Positions 7,777 to 16,701 of a stretch of DNA of 64,000 nt are shown here, piece after piece; within the stretch, counting starts at the first letter, position 1; every line of letters begins with the position of its first letter. Location: the IMG/VR virus record IMGVR_UViG_3300037294_000661, one strand, 5' to 3'. This DNA is from an uncultured virus (IMG/VR IMGVR_UViG_3300037294_000661). Lineage: Duplodnaviria > Heunggongvirae > Uroviricota > Caudoviricetes. The notes beneath the pieces are model-generated. The model saw only the letters and a program-made list of their open reading frames with translations. It was not told where the DNA came from and searched no databases. The position numbers were made by a program, and so were the translations under genes.

Positions 7777-10152
7777 TCAATTTGTACCCATTTCGTCCGC
7801 TATCCGGTAGCCCATCGCCCGGTAACCGCGCTGGCGTTTTTCCCACATCCGCAGCAGCGCCGGGTGGCCGGTGTCCACGAAATCGATGATGCGCACGTCG
7901 GTCTTGGTGGCGTGTTCGCGGTGCAGTCGGCCTGCGTATTGCTGCAGCGTCCCCTTCCACGAAACAGGCATTGCCAGCACCAATGTGTCGAGCGGCGGAT
8001 GGTCGAATCCTTCACCAACCAGTTTGCCGGTTGCCAGCAGAACGCGTGGGGCGTCGGGCGGCAGCGCGTTGAGTTCTGCGATCAGTGTGGCGCGCTGCTT
8101 TTTGGCTATCCGTCCGTGCAGGACAAACAACGATAGCACCTTGTCGCCCAAGGCGGTTTGGATGGCATCGAGATGTTCGGTGCGCTCGGTCAGCACCAGC
8201 ACCTTGCGGCCTTGACCATAGGCTTTGATGACCTCGTCAGCAATCGCGTCGGTTCGGGCTTGATCGATAGCCAAGTGCCGGAACACCTCCTGAATCCCCG
8301 CCTCCTGCGGCAAGTCAATCCGCGAGTGCAAGGTGCGCGGCGTGACCGCCAGATCGTGCGGCGCACCCGTGGGCTTGGCGGCTGTGTGCCGAATCGGCCC
8401 GCACTGCATGAAAATAATCGGCTGCTGGCCATCACGGCGAATCGGTGTGGCAGTCAGACCGAGTACATATTTGGCTTTGGCCTGCTTCAGAATCGCATCG
8501 AACGACGCTGCGCCGACGTGATGGCATTCGTCCACAATCAGGTGACCGTAGTTTTCGACCAGCGAATTCACTTCGCCCTGCCGCGACATTGATTGCATCA
8601 CTGCGATATCAATCTTGCCTGTCGGCTTGGCTTTGCCGCCACCGATGGTGCCGACCACTCCCTTGCCAACGCCCAGGAATGATTGCAGGCGTTCTTGCCA
8701 CTGCTTGAGCAGTTCGGTTCGATGCACCAGCACCAACGTGTTCACACCACGGTGCGCAATCATCGCAGCAGCCGTAACCGTTTTGCCAAATGCCGTCGGT
8801 GCGCACAGGACGCCCGCATCGTGATGCAACATGGCGGCCACAGCGAATTCTTGATCCAGCCGCAAAGTACCTGCAAAAGCCACGTCCAGCGGCGAGCCTG
8901 CATATCGCTCGTCGATCAGTTCGCAGCCAATGGCATTGTCCCGAAGGAGTTCCAGCGCGGCATCCAGGCAGCCACGCGGCAAGGCAATGTGATTCGCATA
9001 GTTTTCGGCGCAGCCGATGACGCGCGGCTCATCCCACACTGAAAATCGCATCGCCTGTTTCTTGTAAAACTCCGGGTTCTGGAAGGCCGCCAAACGAATC
9101 AGTCGGTTGGCCAGTGACTGCGGGAGTTGTGCCTTTTCAAAATAGATCAGGTTGGCCAGTATCACCGTGAGCGACTTCGGCATTGGCCCGACCAGCTTTT
9201 TGCTGACCGACGCGGATCGTTTCCACGGCTCCTTTTGATCCTCCTCATCGATGAACGTGACATCGAGTGGGTGCGCATTGCCCGTCGCCCGCAGGATAGT
9301 GGGCTCGATATCGTGTGCAGGCATTGGCAGGATGGAGGCCAGGAACCCCCACTGATCCCGGTAAGGCCGCAAATCAGCATCGACGAACACGCTACATCCG
9401 TTTTCACGCGGATGCTTCTGCAGTGGCAGCGCGATCAGGTTGCCAAAGCCGCCTTTGGGCATCGAATCCTGATTGGGGAACAGCCGATCATAGGATTCGA
9501 GTTTGAGTTGGCGAGTCCGGGCGCAAGTGTGGCTGATGATGGCCGTGCCGAGTCGGCGCGCATCCCGAGCCGATACGCTGCCGGAGAAGAAAACCCAGGC
9601 GTGCGCACCATTGCCGGAGCGTGATATTTCAAGGGCGACCGGCACGCCCAACTCGTGGCACGACTGGCAAAACGCCTTGGCATCCTCTCGCCATTCCGCC
9701 TCGTCGAAATCGGCGGCGAGAAAATGGCAGGTGTCATCGGCCAGCAGTGGATAGACGCCAATAGTGCGCTTGCCTGCGAGGTGCTCGTAGATCACCTGAT
9801 CCGATAACGGAATCAGCAGACGGTTGTTGCATTCACCGCATTTGATGCGCGGCTTTTCGCAAAAACCCGCCAGCCACTCATTGCCACAGGCCGGTGAGTA
9901 GCCAGATTTGCCGGTGGTTTTGCTTTCCCAGCGGATTGGGTAGACATCGGTGCGCCCACGAAACAGCCGACGAAACAGCGCCACCTTTTCAGCGGTGGAA
10001 AGTCGTGATGGTTCTGGCTCCGTGACGGGTGGCGATGGTTCAGTTGGGGTTGGCTCCGGCGGCAAACGCCATTCGATGCCGTGACCTTCCAGCAGCGCGA
10101 TCAGGCGGGCGTTTTCGCCATGCAGTGCGGCCAACTGATCGCGTTCACTCAT
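7777..10152 (-). CDS. Archaeo-eukaryotic primase-like (TOTE-type) domain fused to an SF2 DExH helicase
   Basis: N-terminal FLAADFD, EISRSGNGAHAW and GNLIALPLQ (AEP-like). C-terminal APTAFGKT, DECHH, GLTATP and QYAGRLHR. Likely start MSERDQ at 10152. Confidence 0.85.
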   Translation of the reverse strand: MSERDQLAALHGENARLIALLEGHGIEWRLPPEPTPTEPSPPVTEPEPSRLSTAEKVALFRRLFRGRTDVYPIRWESKTTGKSGYSPACGNEWLAGFCEKPRIKCGECNNRLLIPLSDQVIYEHLAGKRTIGVYPLLADDTCHFLAADFDEAEWREDAKAFCQSCHELGVPVALEISRSGNGAHAWVFFSGSVSARDARRLGTAIISHTCARTRQLKLESYDRLFPNQDSMPKGGFGNLIALPLQKHPRENGCSVFVDADLRPYRDQWGFLASILPMPAHDIEPTILRATGNAHPLDVTFIDEEDQKEPWKRSASVSKKLVGPMPKSLTVILANLIYFEKAQLPQSLANRLIRLAAFQNPEFYKKQAMRFSVWDEPRVIGCAENYANHIALPRGCLDAALELLRDNAIGCELIDERYAGSPLDVAFAGTLRLDQEFAVAAMLHHDAGVLCAPTAFGKTVTAAAMIAHRGVNTLVLVHRTELLKQWQERLQSFLGVGKGVVGTIGGGKAKPTGKIDIAVMQSMSRQGEVNSLVENYGHLIVDECHHVGAASFDAILKQAKAKYVLGLTATPIRRDGQQPIIFMQCGPIRHTAAKPTGAPHDLAVTPRTLHSRIDLPQEAGIQEVFRHLAIDQARTDAIADEVIKAYGQGRKVLVLTERTEHLDAIQTALGDKVLSLFVLHGRIAKKQRATLIAELNALPPDAPRVLLATGKLVGEGFDHPPLDTLVLAMPVSWKGTLQQYAGRLHREHATKTDVRIIDFVDTGHPALLRMWEKRQRGYRAMGYRIADEMGTN

Positions 10153-10690
10153 CGGCCCCGTACTCGGCAAGCAAGTCGTCCATATCGTCGCCGACGCCAT
10201 AGCCGAAGGTGTGACAAGTATCGCGCACATCATCAAGCCGATCCCACATGATGTCGCATTGCGCCTCAGGTAAGCTGACCACAATTTTTAATGCTTGCTC
10301 GAACATACGCACCAGCGCGTCGAAGTAGCCGCCATCGTCAAGGCCGACGGCATTACTGAAACCCGCTGCCCGCTCGCAATAAAACACCATCAATTCGGCT
10401 ACATCTTCAGGTTTTCCAATGGCTTTCTTGTAGTCTGCGATGGCTTTTTTTGCTTTGGCGACCGAGGTGTCCTGATTCTTGAACACATCGGGCCACAACC
10501 AGCGGTCGATGGTGAGCTTGTACGGTTTGAGCACATCGTCGCCCAGACTGAGGCGGGCGTGCAGGAAGACTTGGTTATCCTTGCTGGCCGCGTACAGGTC
10601 TTGCAGCAGCCCGAGCAAGCCAGCGCGATCAAAGTCAACGAGCTTGGTCTTGACGTCGCTCCAACTGGGCACGTTCTTCTTCGTGGCCAT
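10145..10690 (-). CDS. Hypothetical helical protein (181 aa)
   Basis: Overlaps the helicase start; GGAG RBS. Confidence 0.75.
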   Translation of the reverse strand: MATKKNVPSWSDVKTKLVDFDRAGLLGLLQDLYAASKDNQVFLHARLSLGDDVLKPYKLTIDRWLWPDVFKNQDTSVAKAKKAIADYKKAIGKPEDVAELMVFYCERAAGFSNAVGLDDGGYFDALVRMFEQALKIVVSLPEAQCDIMWDRLDDVRDTCHTFGYGVGDDMDDLLAEYGADE

Positions 10691-10695
10691 CTCCG

Positions 10696-11823
10696 CTATT
10701 CCTCGGCGATGTCCGGTTGGCTGCCGGACTCAAGCCGCTTGATCACCCGATCAAAATCACTCTCAAACAAGCGGTCTTGCACGATGCGGTATTTCTCGAA
10801 CTCGCTCATCGCGTGGGCCTTGGCGATTTCTGCTGTCACTTTGCCTGCGTCCTGCAGCACTTCCCGGTCGGTCGCCTCAATGAAACGGTTCAGGCGTGTT
10901 TCCCAGTCATGCATGGTCATGGGTATCTTGCGCTGTGCCATATCCTCGGCCACATCGAGATAGGCCGACACCAGCCGCTGCAACTGGGCCATCTCGTGTT
11001 CGGTCAGGTAATTCTTGGCGACCACCACATCGAACTTCTGAATCTTTCCTTGCGGACCGTCCCTCCAAGATGTTAGCCCCATATGGTCTTTGTCGGCATC
11101 AGCGCGGTGGTAGATAACTTCTGCAGCCGTCTGGCCATGAATGGCCCAGTGCAGCTTGTTTTGGACTGTGGCATAAAAACGTTTGGTCGCCTGCGCGGTG
11201 ACGTCGTAGTCCAGCGAGGTGGCGTAAATGTCGGTGATCTTCTGGTAAAACTTGCGCTCGGAAAGGCGGATTTCCCGGACTTTTTCGAGCTGCCGCTCAA
11301 AGAATTCATCTGTCATGATGCTGCCGCCCCCTTTAAGGCGCTCCGCATCCATAACCCACCCTTGTATCGTGTAATCCTTGACGATTTGGTTGGCCCACTT
11401 GCGGAACTGCACCGCGCGCTCGTTTTCGATCTTGAAGCCGACGGCAATGATGGCCTGCAGGCTGTAGTGGTCCACCTTGCGCTGAACTTCGCGCTCGCCC
11501 TCGGTTTGAACCATTAAGTACTGCTTAACAGTTGCCTCGCGCTCCAGCTCGTTGTCGGCATAGATGCGCTTCAAATGTTGGCTGACGGCTGGCACCGACA
11601 CGTCGTAGAGCGTGGCCATCATCTTCTGCGTGAGCCAGAGATTTTCATCTTCGTAGCGCATTTCCACGCTGCTTTGCGCATTGCCGGTTGCGGCCACAAA
11701 AGTCAGATATTCAGCCGCTGAGGAACGAGCGGGGGATACCTCGGTTTTTTTGGGAATTTTCGGCTGCATTTTCAAGCGGCCATCTTTTCCTTGTGAGCGG
11801 ACCGGTTTTTTATCTTCGCTCAT
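10696..11823 (-). CDS. rhuM: RhuM/virulence-family protein
   Basis: ENLWLTQKMMATLY, YSLQAIIAVG, QFRKWA, REIRLSERKFYQKITDIYATS and VQNKLHWAIHGQTAAE motifs. Confidence 0.85.
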   Translation of the reverse strand: MSEDKKPVRSQGKDGRLKMQPKIPKKTEVSPARSSAAEYLTFVAATGNAQSSVEMRYEDENLWLTQKMMATLYDVSVPAVSQHLKRIYADNELEREATVKQYLMVQTEGEREVQRKVDHYSLQAIIAVGFKIENERAVQFRKWANQIVKDYTIQGWVMDAERLKGGGSIMTDEFFERQLEKVREIRLSERKFYQKITDIYATSLDYDVTAQATKRFYATVQNKLHWAIHGQTAAEVIYHRADADKDHMGLTSWRDGPQGKIQKFDVVVAKNYLTEHEMAQLQRLVSAYLDVAEDMAQRKIPMTMHDWETRLNRFIEATDREVLQDAGKVTAEIAKAHAMSEFEKYRIVQDRLFESDFDRVIKRLESGSQPDIAEE

Positions 11824-13265
11824 GGCGCAACCCCACTGGCGCACTTCGATTTGATGAATTCAAACAAAGGATGAAATATCGCGAAATGCACAGCATCAAT
11901 CGTCGGAACAACATCTCTGGCGAATGGCACCTTTTGGCTGTCGCTGACGAACTTTATAAATCCATCTGTGCGCTCAGTATCAACCGTGAAATAGGCGTCA
12001 AGACCACCAATGCCATGAAATAGCAGCTCTATTGTCAGCAGCGATTTATTGCCGAAATTGCCGCCGGTGCGAGGGTTGATTACCTGTTGATGAATTTGAC
12101 CGGTTGCAGGAACAGGAAGGAGAAGAGCGTAACTTTCACTGGCAGCCCGCTTTTTTGCCAAGCACAGGGCAGGATCGGTCTGAACATCTTGGCCGAGCTG
12201 GTTCCAGTCGTTATATGCCTCGTCAAAATCGAAAAGCGAAAAGAACGTCCTGCCCGGATGGTTCTGATACAGCACGTTATTTTGAACAAGAACGCGCTGG
12301 AAGCCGCAGCTAAATGCGTTTTGTATCTCGAAGGGTCGCGTCACTGTCGGATACAGTTTCTGCCAGGCAGTTTCAAGGATCATTTCATCCGTGATGCCCT
12401 CTGTGAAGAGTACAGGCCCACTCGTGTTCTTCAGTACGTGCTGAATGTTCAGCCGCGCTTCACTCTCAGAAAAAGTAATCAAGCCTGCGGATAACGATTT
12501 GATGATGTCGGCCTTGTGCACCTTGGTCAGCGCCACCTTCTCGCCGTCGAACTCGAACAAGTTGATAACGCTATCGTTGGCGCAGGTAATTGTTGACGCG
12601 CTGTGGCTACTCATCAAAACATGGCTAGTCTTGGCTGCCGCATCAGTGATGTCGAATACTTGCCGCAGAAAATCAAACTGCCATTCCGGATGAAGGAATG
12701 CATCCGGTTCATCCAGCAAGATTAAGCAATTTCGATCTTTAAATAGCTCGACAATCGAGTAGATGTAAACTGATTGAAACTGACCGTCGCTGAAGTGGCT
12801 AACATTTCCTTCTGAGCCTGAAGTAAGGCGAAGCGGCACGGAAATGGCGTCCAGCATTCCCAGTGTTTTCAGGTTGTCGAACTGGCGAAACAATTCCTGC
12901 CACTTGCCGACGAACCGCTCTTGTAATTTGCAGATGGACAGGTACAGAACGTAGCGATCATCATTGGGGAAATAGCCCTCTGTGACCGTTAGTTTCTCTG
13001 TGTTGTCCCAAATGCAAGCGCTCAACGTATCGAGAAAATCCTTTGTGATGCCGACCGGTCGCCAATAGCGGGTGGCGGTATCGACAGAGTCGATGTCGTA
13101 TTTCTCTTTTTCACTACCTCGTGCGTAGTCTGGCCGCTGCAAATCGACTCTAAGCACAGGCTCAGAAACGTCGTCAGTGCCGGGTTTAGTAATCCCAAGC
13201 CTGTCGATCCCGAGTTTTTGACGAATGAACGTGTGAGCTCTGCAATCTGCAGGTTGTACCAGCAA
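11820..13265 (-). pseudogene. 5'-truncated ABC-ATPase + Toprim (OLD-like) nuclease
   Basis: Signature SDGQ, Walker B LLDEPDAFLHP, H-loop SSHS and Toprim TEGITD/DFD are present. Walker A and a proper start are missing. Confidence 0.7.
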
Positions 13266-14451
13266 TACTGCTTGAATTCAGGCGCTGATTGTAGATGCGA
13301 TCCTCAATTTCGTTGCCGTGCTTATCGAGCATGCCCTTGTCTGGACGCCAGCCGGTAAGGTCTTTGTCCAGATCAATGCGCACCACCTTGTACGGGGCCA
13401 AAAAACCGTCATCAATACCCTGGCGCAGTGAGTAGGTGTAAATCGGCTCACCGAAGTAATCAATATTGGAGATTTCTTTGGTTTCTTTGGGTGTGGCGGT
13501 CAGGCCGATTTGGGTGGCTGACGAAAAATACTCAAGAATCTCCCGCCAGGCAGAGTCGGCTGCGGCACTGCCACGATGACATTCGTCGATCACGATCAGG
13601 TCGAAGAAATCGCGGCTGAATTGCTTGTAGATATTGCGTTCTTCTTCTGTACCAGTGACTGCTTGATACAAGGACAGGTAAATTTCATACGATTTATTGG
13701 CCTGCCGTTTCTGAATTTTGGTCATGGCCGAGCCAAACGGCTTGAAGTCGTTGGTCATTGTCTGATCGACCAAGATGTTGCGATCCGTCAGAAACAAAAT
13801 GCGTTTTTTGGCTTTTGACTTCCACAAGCGCCAAATTATCTGGAATGCGGTGTAGGTTTTTCCAGTGCCAGTGGCCATGACCAGCAGGATGCGATTCTGC
13901 CCCTTGGCAATGGCTTCGATGGTTTTGTTGATGGCGAGCAATTGGTAGTAGCGTGGCGATTTATTGCTGCCGTCGCTGTAATAATCCTGAGAAACCAGCG
14001 CGCTCTGTGCGAGGTTCAGACCAAGGTATTCAGACCACCATTGCCACAGCGTGTCGGGACTGGGTATCTCGTGAAGCGCCAATTCCCGTTCGATGACGCC
14101 ATCCTTGGCAATCTTGTTGTGGAACAGGAAACCGTCGCCGTTACTGCTGAACACAAAGGGCACCTGCAACATTTCGGCGTAGCCCAGCCCCTGCTGCATG
14201 CCGTCGCCCAGCGAGTGTTTATTGTCCTTGGCCTCTATGACCGCGATCGGCATATTGGGTCGATGAAACAGCACATAGTCAGCACGCTTATTCTTGGCGC
14301 GAGTGTGCAACTTGCCACGGACGATGATGCGGCCCTTGGTCAGCGGAAATTCTTCACGCACATGAGTTGCAATATCCCACCCCGCCTTTTCCAATGCGGG
14401 GGTGATGAACTTGGTGCAGATATCACGCTCGGTGAGCTGGCGTTTATCCAT
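13186..14451 (-). pseudogene. hsdR: 3'-truncated type I restriction subunit R (EcoAI-like)
   Basis: RADYVL..IEAKD nuclease motif, [14 protein letters not shown] and GLTATP. Homology stops after IEDRIYNQ (~13285); no hsdM or hsdS follow. Confidence 0.85.
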
Positions 14452-14452
14452 A

Positions 14453-14662
14453 TCAGATGGCTTCCCCATTTTCGCGGTCTTGTTCTTCATCGGCCCCGCC
14501 CGCACGCACCCATTCATCCACTTCAGACAGCTGGAATTTCCACAGCCGCCCGATCTTGTGCGCAGGCAGGCCCTTGCGCTCGCGCCAGCGGTAAACGGTG
14601 TCTTTCACCACGCCCAAGTGCTGGGCAACTTGTTCGGCTGTAACCCACGGTTCGGTGTTCAT
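14453..14662 (-). CDS. Excisionase-like HTH_17 regulator heading the RM operon
   Basis: [21 protein letters not shown]...[21 protein letters not shown]. Confidence 0.85.
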   Translation of the reverse strand: MNTEPWVTAEQVAQHLGVVKDTVYRWRERKGLPAHKIGRLWKFQLSEVDEWVRAGGADEEQDRENGEAI

Positions 14663-14779
14663 GGCATTGGCGCTCAAGCGTTGACCTTTTTAATCGTCTT
14701 AAATCGTTGAAAGTCTATCAGAGTGCCGGCTTTGTGGCTATGAAAACTACATGACGTGCGCACTATTTGCCTGCTTTGT

Positions 14780-14809
14780 CTTGGCTTCCTGATCAAACAG
14801 CGCGTTCAT
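14780..14809 (+). promoter_or_regulatory. Bipartite motif, copy 2
   Basis: CTTGGCTT-cctgatcaaa-CAGCGCGTTCAT, 33 bp before ATG 14842. Confidence 0.7.
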
Positions 14810-14841
14810 AGTGGTGTCGTCAATCAACCACGGAGCCCACG

Positions 14842-15045
14842 ATGAACACCCAACAAACCGCCCTCGACGCCTACCTTCCCCGCGCCGCAGCCATCCACGC
14901 CAAGCTGGTACAGCTGCAGCAACTGGCCGACGATCACTTTGGCCACGACCCGGATGCCATCAACTGGGGCCACGTTGGCGATCTCGGGCGAGTGGATTCC
15001 GCGCTCGACGACCTGCTGGCGATCTTTGGCGGCGAAGATGAGTGA
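14842..15045 (+). CDS. Small hypothetical protein
   Basis: GGAG RBS; downstream of the motif; DAINWGHVGDL. Confidence 0.7.
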   Translation: MNTQQTALDAYLPRAAAIHAKLVQLQQLADDHFGHDPDAINWGHVGDLGRVDSALDDLLAIFGGEDE

Positions 15046-15523
15046 GGCGATGAGCATGATCATCCTGCAAACACTCACTCCGACCCAGTCGACAATCATC
15101 CGATCCGCTGCCCGACACCCCGAAGGCAGGATCGCCGTGCCTGCCACGCTGCAAGGCGGCGCGCGTACCAAGACACTCAAGGGGCTGTTGATGCGTGGCT
15201 GGATCGTCGAGGCGGGCGACGGACACCTGCTGACGGACGCTGGATACGCCACCATTGGACAGCAACGACCGGCCCCGCCGCCAATCAACGACACCACTGC
15301 GCGCGATAGTGTTCAGCCGTTTCGCCGCGGCACCAAGCTGGCGAAGGTGGTGGCAGTCTTGCAGAACCCCGACGGCGCGACGATTTTCCAGTTGATGTGC
15401 TGCACGGGCTGGCAACCGCACACGATCCGGGGCGCGTTGTCCGGAATGGTGAGAAAGAAGCTCGGGCTCAACGTGGTGTCCACCAAGGCCGCCGGTGGTG
15501 AGCGGATCTATCGCATCGCCTGA
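15038..15523 (+). CDS. DUF3489-family protein
   Basis: GTKLAKVVAVL..PDGATI...TGWQPHTIRGALSG...KKLGL...GERIYRIA; paralogue of 60051..60566. Confidence 0.85.
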   Translation: MSEAMSMIILQTLTPTQSTIIRSAARHPEGRIAVPATLQGGARTKTLKGLLMRGWIVEAGDGHLLTDAGYATIGQQRPAPPPINDTTARDSVQPFRRGTKLAKVVAVLQNPDGATIFQLMCCTGWQPHTIRGALSGMVRKKLGLNVVSTKAAGGERIYRIA

Positions 15524-15702
15524 CGGGCGACTGCGCAAAGGGTGTCCGTTCAATTGACGCTCTTTTCTTTAGTCAAATTTCTCCGTGGCCGTTTTGCCCG
15601 TTTTCGGCATCAAAATCGCCGGCAATCCGCGCCAGCATTGGCTTTGCAAGGGGCGGCCGTTTTCAGGGCAAAGGGGGTGAATTCAACTCCCGCCCCTTGC
15701 CA

Positions 15703-15810
15703 GGGTGCAAACCGCAAACCCTGCAAACCTCGGTTTGCACCCTGACGGTAGCGCAATGCCGCGCTGTCGCCTCCCGTATTGGAATCTCGCCAGGAAGGAC
15801 CCCTTTCGCC
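15703..15810 (-). other. Lambda-type cos packaging site in the satellite-like element
   Basis: On -: GGGTCCT (cosQ-like; 15796..15802), 20 bp, GGGAGGCGACAG (cosN-like; 15764..15775), CGCGG, then GCAAACC repeats. Near-identical to 63831..63938. Confidence 0.75.
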
Positions 15811-15820
15811 TGTGCGAGAC

Positions 15821-16150
15821 TCAGAGGGTCTCGGGCTCCTGCATCCGCGCCGGGATGTCGCGTTGGCTGTGCAGCACGCGCCAGACATCAATGTGCTCTG
15901 GGCGCTCGACATAAAACACAAGGTGGGGATAGTGTGCCAGCGGCCAGAAACGCAGGCCGGGCAGGTTCAATTCGTGGGCATAGCGTGGCGATCCGGTCGC
16001 CGGATGGCGAGCGATGTGCGCATAAGCTTGCTCCAAGGCGTCAATGAAGCCGAACGCCGCTTGCTCTGCACCTTCGCTGAGATAGTAGGCAATCGCGTCA
16101 TCAATGTCCCGGTTGGCCAGCTCACGCGGAACGACTGGCTTGGCCGTCAC
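15821..16150 (-). CDS. parE: ParE/RelE-family toxin
   Basis: ANRDIDDAIAYY...HPATGSPRY...YPHLVFY...IDVWRVLHSQRDI. Confidence 0.85.
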   Translation of the reverse strand: MTAKPVVPRELANRDIDDAIAYYLSEGAEQAAFGFIDALEQAYAHIARHPATGSPRYAHELNLPGLRFWPLAHYPHLVFYVERPEHIDVWRVLHSQRDIPARMQEPETL

Positions 16151-16398
16151 CCGCGAGCGCCTACCTTGGCCTCTTTACGCACCCGGTCACGCAGCCCTTC
16201 AAAGTAGGCCGGATCGGCCGGGGCTGCCGGTGCAGACGCCGCGCCCGCGAGCAGGAGACCGCGCAGGTGCAGGCGATCCTGATCCTTGCGAATCAGCTCA
16301 CGCACGTACTCGCTGCTGGTGCCGTAGCTGCCTTGATTGACCTGCTCATCCACAAAGGACTTGAGCGTATCGGGTAGGGATATGTTCATTGTGCTCAT
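16147..16398 (-). CDS. parD: ParD-family RHH antitoxin
   Basis: MNISLPDTLKSFVDEQV..GSYGTSSEYVRELIR; 4-bp overlap with the toxin gene. Confidence 0.85.
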   Translation of the reverse strand: MSTMNISLPDTLKSFVDEQVNQGSYGTSSEYVRELIRKDQDRLHLRGLLLAGAASAPAAPADPAYFEGLRDRVRKEAKVGARG

Positions 16399-16520
16399 AA
16401 CTCAAGCTTAGTCCGTTTGGCAAAATTTGGCAAGATTCAGGTTTGTGTCTGACCGACCAGATCAACCAAGTCGAGTGAGATGAGCATTCCCAATGCTCAC
16501 TCTCTCTTTAGAGAGCCCCC

Positions 16521-16700
16521 GTCGGGAACCGGGAAAGCACCGTAGACACTGGGTTTCATCGTTCCCACCCCGTCGCCGGGAACGATAGCGACCGGGAACG
16601 ATTCAACCCGCATGGAGTCTGGCTTCAATCGTTCCCAGAGGGGTATTCGTTCCCGGTCGGGAACCGGGAAGCCGGGAACGATTGCTGAGGTCTGGGAATG
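16521..16700. repeat. GGGAAC iteron cluster, putative replication origin
   Basis: GGGAAC at 16524, 16578, 16594, 16659 and 16674; GTTCCC at 16561, 16631 and 16649; plus variants. Lies immediately 3' of the primase gene. Confidence 0.7.
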
Positions 16701-16701
16701 A

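Noticed and set aside
10153..10284. N-terminal extension of the helicase ORF given in the track
   Set aside because: Overlaps the upstream gene; the coupled ATG at 10152 is more plausible.
13186..14517. Functional type I RM system
   Set aside because: hsdR is truncated and hsdM/hsdS are absent from the window.
16521..16700. CRISPR array
   Set aside because: Repeats are 6-11 bp, irregularly spaced and in both orientations; there are no cas genes.
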